Positions 8,412-11,961 of a stretch of DNA of 11,961 nucleotides are shown here, piece after piece. A model generated the notes under the pieces. That model was not told where the DNA came from. It saw only the letters and a program-made list of their open reading frames with translations, and searched no databases. Within the stretch, counting starts at the first letter, position 1; each line of letters starts with the position of its first letter. This DNA comes from Octopus sinensis (Eukaryota), in contig NW_021826729.1 in NCBI RefSeq assembly GCF_006345805.1, forward strand, positions 1 to 11,961. Reading direction: 5' to 3'. Both the position numbers and the translations under genes were made by a program.

Positions 8412-8702
8412 CTAGTAATAGTAGTAGTAGTTTGCATGGGGGCATGCGCTGTAACAGTGTCTCGCTGGTGAGGGTTTTACGAGGTCGTAGGGAAAATCCT
8501 AACTCGACTTCTTTTAGTTGTCTTTTTATGACACGTAGAGGAAACGTTGGGTCTATTCTTTGATATACCAGCCCCCACACAGCAGTAGAGCAACGTGAAA
8601 TGAAGCATTTTGTTCAAGAGCACGACACGCTGCCCGGTCTGGGAATCGAACCCACGATTTCGTGATTGTGACTGCAACACCTTAACCACTAGGCCATACG
8701 CC
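8412..8702 (-). mobile_element. SINE with family-C tRNA head and CORE-like segment but a different 3' body and an (ACT)n tail
   Basis: Minus strand: canonical A box TGGCCTAGTGG and B box GGTTCGATTCC. Matches 6025-6245 up to cttcatttcacgttg (~8588), then is unrelated; ends in actactactactattactag. Confidence 0.85.
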
Positions 8703-9635
8703 TTCACAAGGTCTGAAAGAAAAAAACAAACTTACCCTGTCCACGATATACTAACTTATCCTAACACATGAACTTCACTCTATCCTTTTTGACCACGTTG
8801 ACCACCGCCAATTTTATCAAATTGTTTCTTTACTGCTGTGATTGGCAACCTTTGGTCGGTCAGTGATCCCTTTCACTGAATGGCATTTTACAAATGTCCC
8901 CTATCTAGATCCTTCTTCAAAAATTTCATTATTTTGATAATTTCAATCAAACGGAAGCTAATTTTGCTTTGTAGTTTATTTATCCGTATTTGATTACATC
9001 AACCGACCTATTTTAGATATCTGTATTGGACAGCACCTTCTCTAATAAAGCTTTGTGGAAATTGCTAAAGAAGTTGAGGACTTATATAATGAAATTATTT
9101 GGGTCTTGGTACATCATCAGTCATGTTTTCAGCTCATTGGTAATAAAGTTTTACTCGTTTTTATCCTGACAAAAACTTCTTTTTTTTTTTTTTTTAAAGT
9201 GTGTTGAAAATATAAGTACTGTATCTGGGTTAAATATTTTATTTGTAATAAAACTCACAACTTCCCTCTGAGAACCCCGCACTCTTTTGACATTTCCGTC
9301 CCCTCGTTGAATTCACACTGTCCCCAAGGGACACTGCTCCCTAGGTTGAGGATCGGGGGTTTACTTGTACATAAGTTTATGGAAATGTTCGTAATCGAAT
9401 TTAGGGACCAAAGCAAATACTTTTGAAGATGTACCAGCATACCATTTCTGCCACCATCGACCGCGCCATCCAGTATTAATGTGAATATTGGAGCATTGCA
9501 GTTGTAGATAAATTAACATGGAAGTGGCTGTGTATTCCGCAGATATGTGTACCATTAATGTGAGTCTCATACGGACTCATCGCTAGTATATGACAAGGCT
9601 TTATATCTTTTTTTGTATTTCATGTACAATCCACC

Positions 9636-9694
9636 CGACAGACCTTTGTTCAGTTTCTGTCTACCCAATTTCACTGATAAGATACGGGGCTATA
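9636..9694 (-). mobile_element. Degraded internal fragment of SINE family B
   Basis: cgacagacctttgttcagtttctgtctacccaatttcactgataag vs cgacgggcttctttcagtttccgtctaccaaatccactcacaag at 11083-11125. Confidence 0.55.
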
Positions 9695-9910
9695 TATGGT
9701 TTCTAACATTGAGATCAAATAATATAACAAAAATTTCAGGATAACAAAGTTTTATTAACAGACAATCGATGTTGGTTCGGGACTTTGATATATTACGGTG
9801 TATGCAAGAGTTTCTCAACCTTTTTCACCTCAACCCAACACTTAGATTTTCCAAGGAAGCGTGAACATAACTTGTTCAGAACGGACAAAATCAGTATACT
9901 GCATATAAAC

Positions 9911-9955
9911 ATATACACATACATACATACACACATACATACATACATACATACA

Positions 9956-9986
<31 letters not shown>

Positions 9987-10019
9987 GTGTGTGTGTGTAT
10001 GTATGTATGTATGTATGTA

Positions 10020-10074
<55 letters not shown>
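9911..10074. repeat. (ACAT)n abutting (ATGT)n/(GT)n: a self-complementary compound microsatellite
   Basis: (ACAT)13 at 9933-9984, ATGT(GT)5, (ATGT)7 at 9999-10026, (GT)22 at 10027-10070. Confidence 0.98.
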
Positions 10075-10159
10075 TCTGAAGTAATCTATGCCCCACTAAT
10101 TCTGGTATGAGATACCGTTATGGATAGATGAGATGACAGAGATCGGTTGATATTAGGGC

Positions 10160-10217
10160 ACAAACAGACAGGCAGGCAGGCAGACACACAGACAAACAGA
10201 CAGACAGACAGATAGAT
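10160..10217. repeat. Degenerate (GACA)/(GGCA)/(GATA) tetranucleotide tract
   Basis: Directly visible. Confidence 0.85.
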
Positions 10218-10233
10218 ATTAAGAAGAGTACAA

Positions 10234-10496
10234 AGCCACGTGGTCTAGCAGAATTGTTAGAGCATCTCACGAAATGCTTCGCAGTGTTTCTCTCGGTTTC
10301 TTTTGTTCTGGGTTTCAAATCCCACAGAGGTTAACTTTGTCTGCCATCCCCCTCCTGGGGTCAATAGCAATAAAGCACCGTACAATTACTGATGGTGGGC
10401 GGGAGGGTGGAATTTAATCGACTAGCTCTTCCACTCCACTCCACTCCACTCCACATTCCGATTTCAATCCATGTACCTATGTCAGAAAATTATATT
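10234..10496 (+). mobile_element. SINE family A copy containing an internal (CCACT)n expansion at 10431-10454
   Basis: ctagcagaattgttagagc head, gggtttcaaatccc B-box-like motif, taatcgactagc then (ccact)n, then tail atttcaatccatgtacctatgtcagaaa. Confidence 0.8.
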
Positions 10497-10595
10497 CGCA
10501 CATTGTTACAAACCACATGCAACTGCGATGATCAATATCCACAGCATAAATATACTGTTTGAGATTCTCCAGCAGATTGTGTCGACAAAGAATGG

Positions 10596-10814
10596 TTTGA
10601 AATTTTTGGCACAAGTTCAGTAATTTTGAGAGGGGGCGGTAAGTCGATTACACACTGGCTTCAGTACTTGACTGACTTTATTCTATCGACTCCGAATGGA
10701 TGAAAGGCGAAGTTGACTCCGGCTGAATTTGCACTCAGAACGTAAAGAGCCGGAAGAAATGCCACTAAGTATTTTATCCGAAGCGGCGCTAACGATTCTT
10801 GCCAGCTCGTCGCT
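10596..10814 (-). mobile_element. Near full-length SINE family A copy
   Basis: Minus strand begins agcgacgagctggcaagaatcgttagcgcc and ends in the cttgtgccaaaaatttcaaa tail. Confidence 0.9.
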
Positions 10815-10822
10815 TTAATAAT

Positions 10823-11245
10823 TCTCTTTACTCTTTTACTCTTTTACTTGTTTCAGTCATTTGACTGTGGCCATGCTGGAGCACCGCCTTTAGTCGAGCG
10901 AGCAAATCGACCCCAGAACTTATTCTTTGTAAGCCTAGTACTTCTTCTATCGGTCTCTTTTGCCGAACCGCTAAGTAACGGGGACGTAAACACACCATTA
11001 TCGGTTGTCAAGCGATGTTGGGGGAACAAACACAGAGGCACAAACATATACACACGCATACATATATATATATACATATATACGACGGGCTTCTTTCAGT
11101 TTCCGTCTACCAAATCCACTCACAAGGCTTTGGTCGGCCCGAGGCTATAGTAGAAGACACTTGCCCAAGGTGCCATGCAGTGGGACTGAACCCGGAACCA
11201 TATGGCTGGTAAGCGAGCTACTTACCACACGGTCACTCCTACGCC
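10823..11245 (-). mobile_element. Full-length, well-preserved SINE family B (tRNA head, CORE-like ccttgggcaagt, internal TA/TG microsatellite, (GTAAAAGA)n tail)
   Basis: Minus strand ggcgtaggagtgaccgtgtggtaag...ggttcagtccc (A/B boxes) through gactgaaacaagtaaaagagtaaaagagtaaagag; matches a very abundant octopus SINE as recalled. Confidence 0.92.
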
Positions 11246-11454
11246 TGTTAAAAAATACTCTTCTCTGTAAAAAAATATTTATTAGATGATTTATTTATTC
11301 ATTTATTTAATTAATTGTTTTTGTCTTTGGTCATTGAGCGTTATTTCCTATTTGCTTCTGTCTAGAAATCAAAGGAAATGATTACCATTCCCTTAAAAAT
11401 TTGCTTTTGTGACGTGAGCATCAATGTTTTGAAACTGATTTATTTTCCATTACA

Positions 11455-11669
11455 TTTCAGACTGATTCAGCGCCGAGTTGCTGAAGCAGAAATATCGTTA
11501 TAACAAATATTCTGCTCAGTAACACAGATTTGCTTGTTAGTTGCTTGACCTTAACCACTTGAGCATGTCCCTTAGTGACTAACAATATGTGCCTCTCTGA
11601 TCATGAGCAGGAGTAGCGAGGGTTCATCATAACTATGTATTGAGAGGTATTCTTTGGGGTTTGAATAAA
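11455..11669 (+). mobile_element. Fragment of an abundant octopus interspersed repeat (family not named)
   Basis: aatattctgctcagtaacacagatttgcttgttagttgcttgaccttaaccacttgagcatgtcccttagtg... resembles a recalled high-copy octopus repeat. There is no second copy in the window to confirm it. Confidence 0.5.
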
Positions 11670-11783
11670 TGTAACAAAAGCAAAGTCTGAAGGAAATATT
11701 AGGCATTTTTTCATATTTTCTAGGAGTAAGGAAATTAGAAATAGCAGCTGCTACCCAGGGACAAAAATTGTGTTACACTATGC

Positions 11784-11961
11784 AATAACCCTTTCTACTC
11801 TAAGCACAAGACCTGAAATCATGGGAGAAGGAGCTAGTCGATTACATCGACCCCAGTGCCCAACTGATACTTATTTCATTGGCCCCAAAAAGATGAAAGC
11901 AAAGTCGGCCTCTGCGGGATTTGAACTCAAAAGGTAAAGACGGACGAAATGCCACTGAGCA
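11784..11961 (-). mobile_element. SINE family A copy, cut by the window end
   Basis: taagcacaagacctgaaat...gctagtcgattacatcgaccccagtgcccaactgatacttattt...gatgaaagcaaagtcggcc...gatttgaactc. Confidence 0.9.

Noticed and set aside
8631-8702. tRNA-like sequence with perfect A and B boxes (also at 6025 and 11245)
   Set aside because: The acceptor and anticodon stems do not pair and the sequence continues into SINE body, so these are SINE heads, not tRNA genes.
9180-9243. T16 run with a minus-strand AATAAA upstream (possible processed retro-insert)
   Set aside because: The signal is ~43 nt from the A tract, no TSD was found, and the upstream minus-strand frames give no recognisable protein.
9520-9598. 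Minus-strand peptide HINGTHICG resembling the trypsin-family HxCGG motif
   Set aside because: The second Gly is missing and there is no downstream TAAHC or any other protease motif; the frame is closed by stops.
9805-9825. caagagtttctcaaccttttt resembling a hAT/Charlie terminal inverted repeat
   Set aside because: No partner TIR or 8-bp TSD in the window.
11829-11885. AG|GAG CTA GTC GAT TAC reading ELVDYIDPSAQLILIS, superficially like SAT exon 2 (ELAKYE...QVIL)
   Set aside because: It lies in family-A SINE sequence shared with other copies in the window, has no polypyrimidine tract, and has no suitable donor.
4150-11961. Antisense orientation bias of family-A SINEs (9 minus vs 3 plus)
   Set aside because: Two-sided binomial p is about 0.15; not significant.
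4150-11961. Recurring ~200-bp repeats with unique spacers (array- or CRISPR-like impression)
   Set aside because: The repeats are long, diverged, in both orientations and irregularly spaced, i.e. dispersed SINEs. There are no cas genes and the context is eukaryotic.

Overview
AT-rich eukaryotic genomic DNA, most likely from an octopus; the interspersed repeats match octopus SINE sequences as I remember them, not by database search. The only credible coding sequence is a 66-nt first coding exon at 91-156, missed by the ORF track. It encodes MASYCIRDGTEEDLPELHRLMQ, the N-terminus of a GNAT diamine (spermidine/spermine) N-acetyltransferase, SAT1/SAT2 family, and ends at a phase-0 GT donor matching the recalled human SAT1 exon-1 boundary. 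I found no exon 2, so the remaining ~11.8 kb is read as intron 1. It holds about 17 tRNA-derived SINE copies or fragments from at least 3 families, other retroposon remnants, and long compound microsatellites (TCTA, TA/TG, ACT, CAC, ACAT/ATGT). The ORFs in the track appear to be simple-repeat or SINE artefacts or chance ORFs. There is no CRISPR array, real tRNA/rRNA or prokaryotic-type system, and I cannot support a new biological system outright. Best leads: (i) candidate poison/cryptic exons in an SSAT-family intron; (ii) intronic fold-back dsRNA that could be ADAR substrates, including a 25/27 inverted match between otherwise diverged SINEs and a ~70-bp microsatellite hairpin; (iii) a 67-bp insert with a perfect 16-bp target-site duplication and a sense AATAAA; (iv) a modular SINE with a swapped 3' body.
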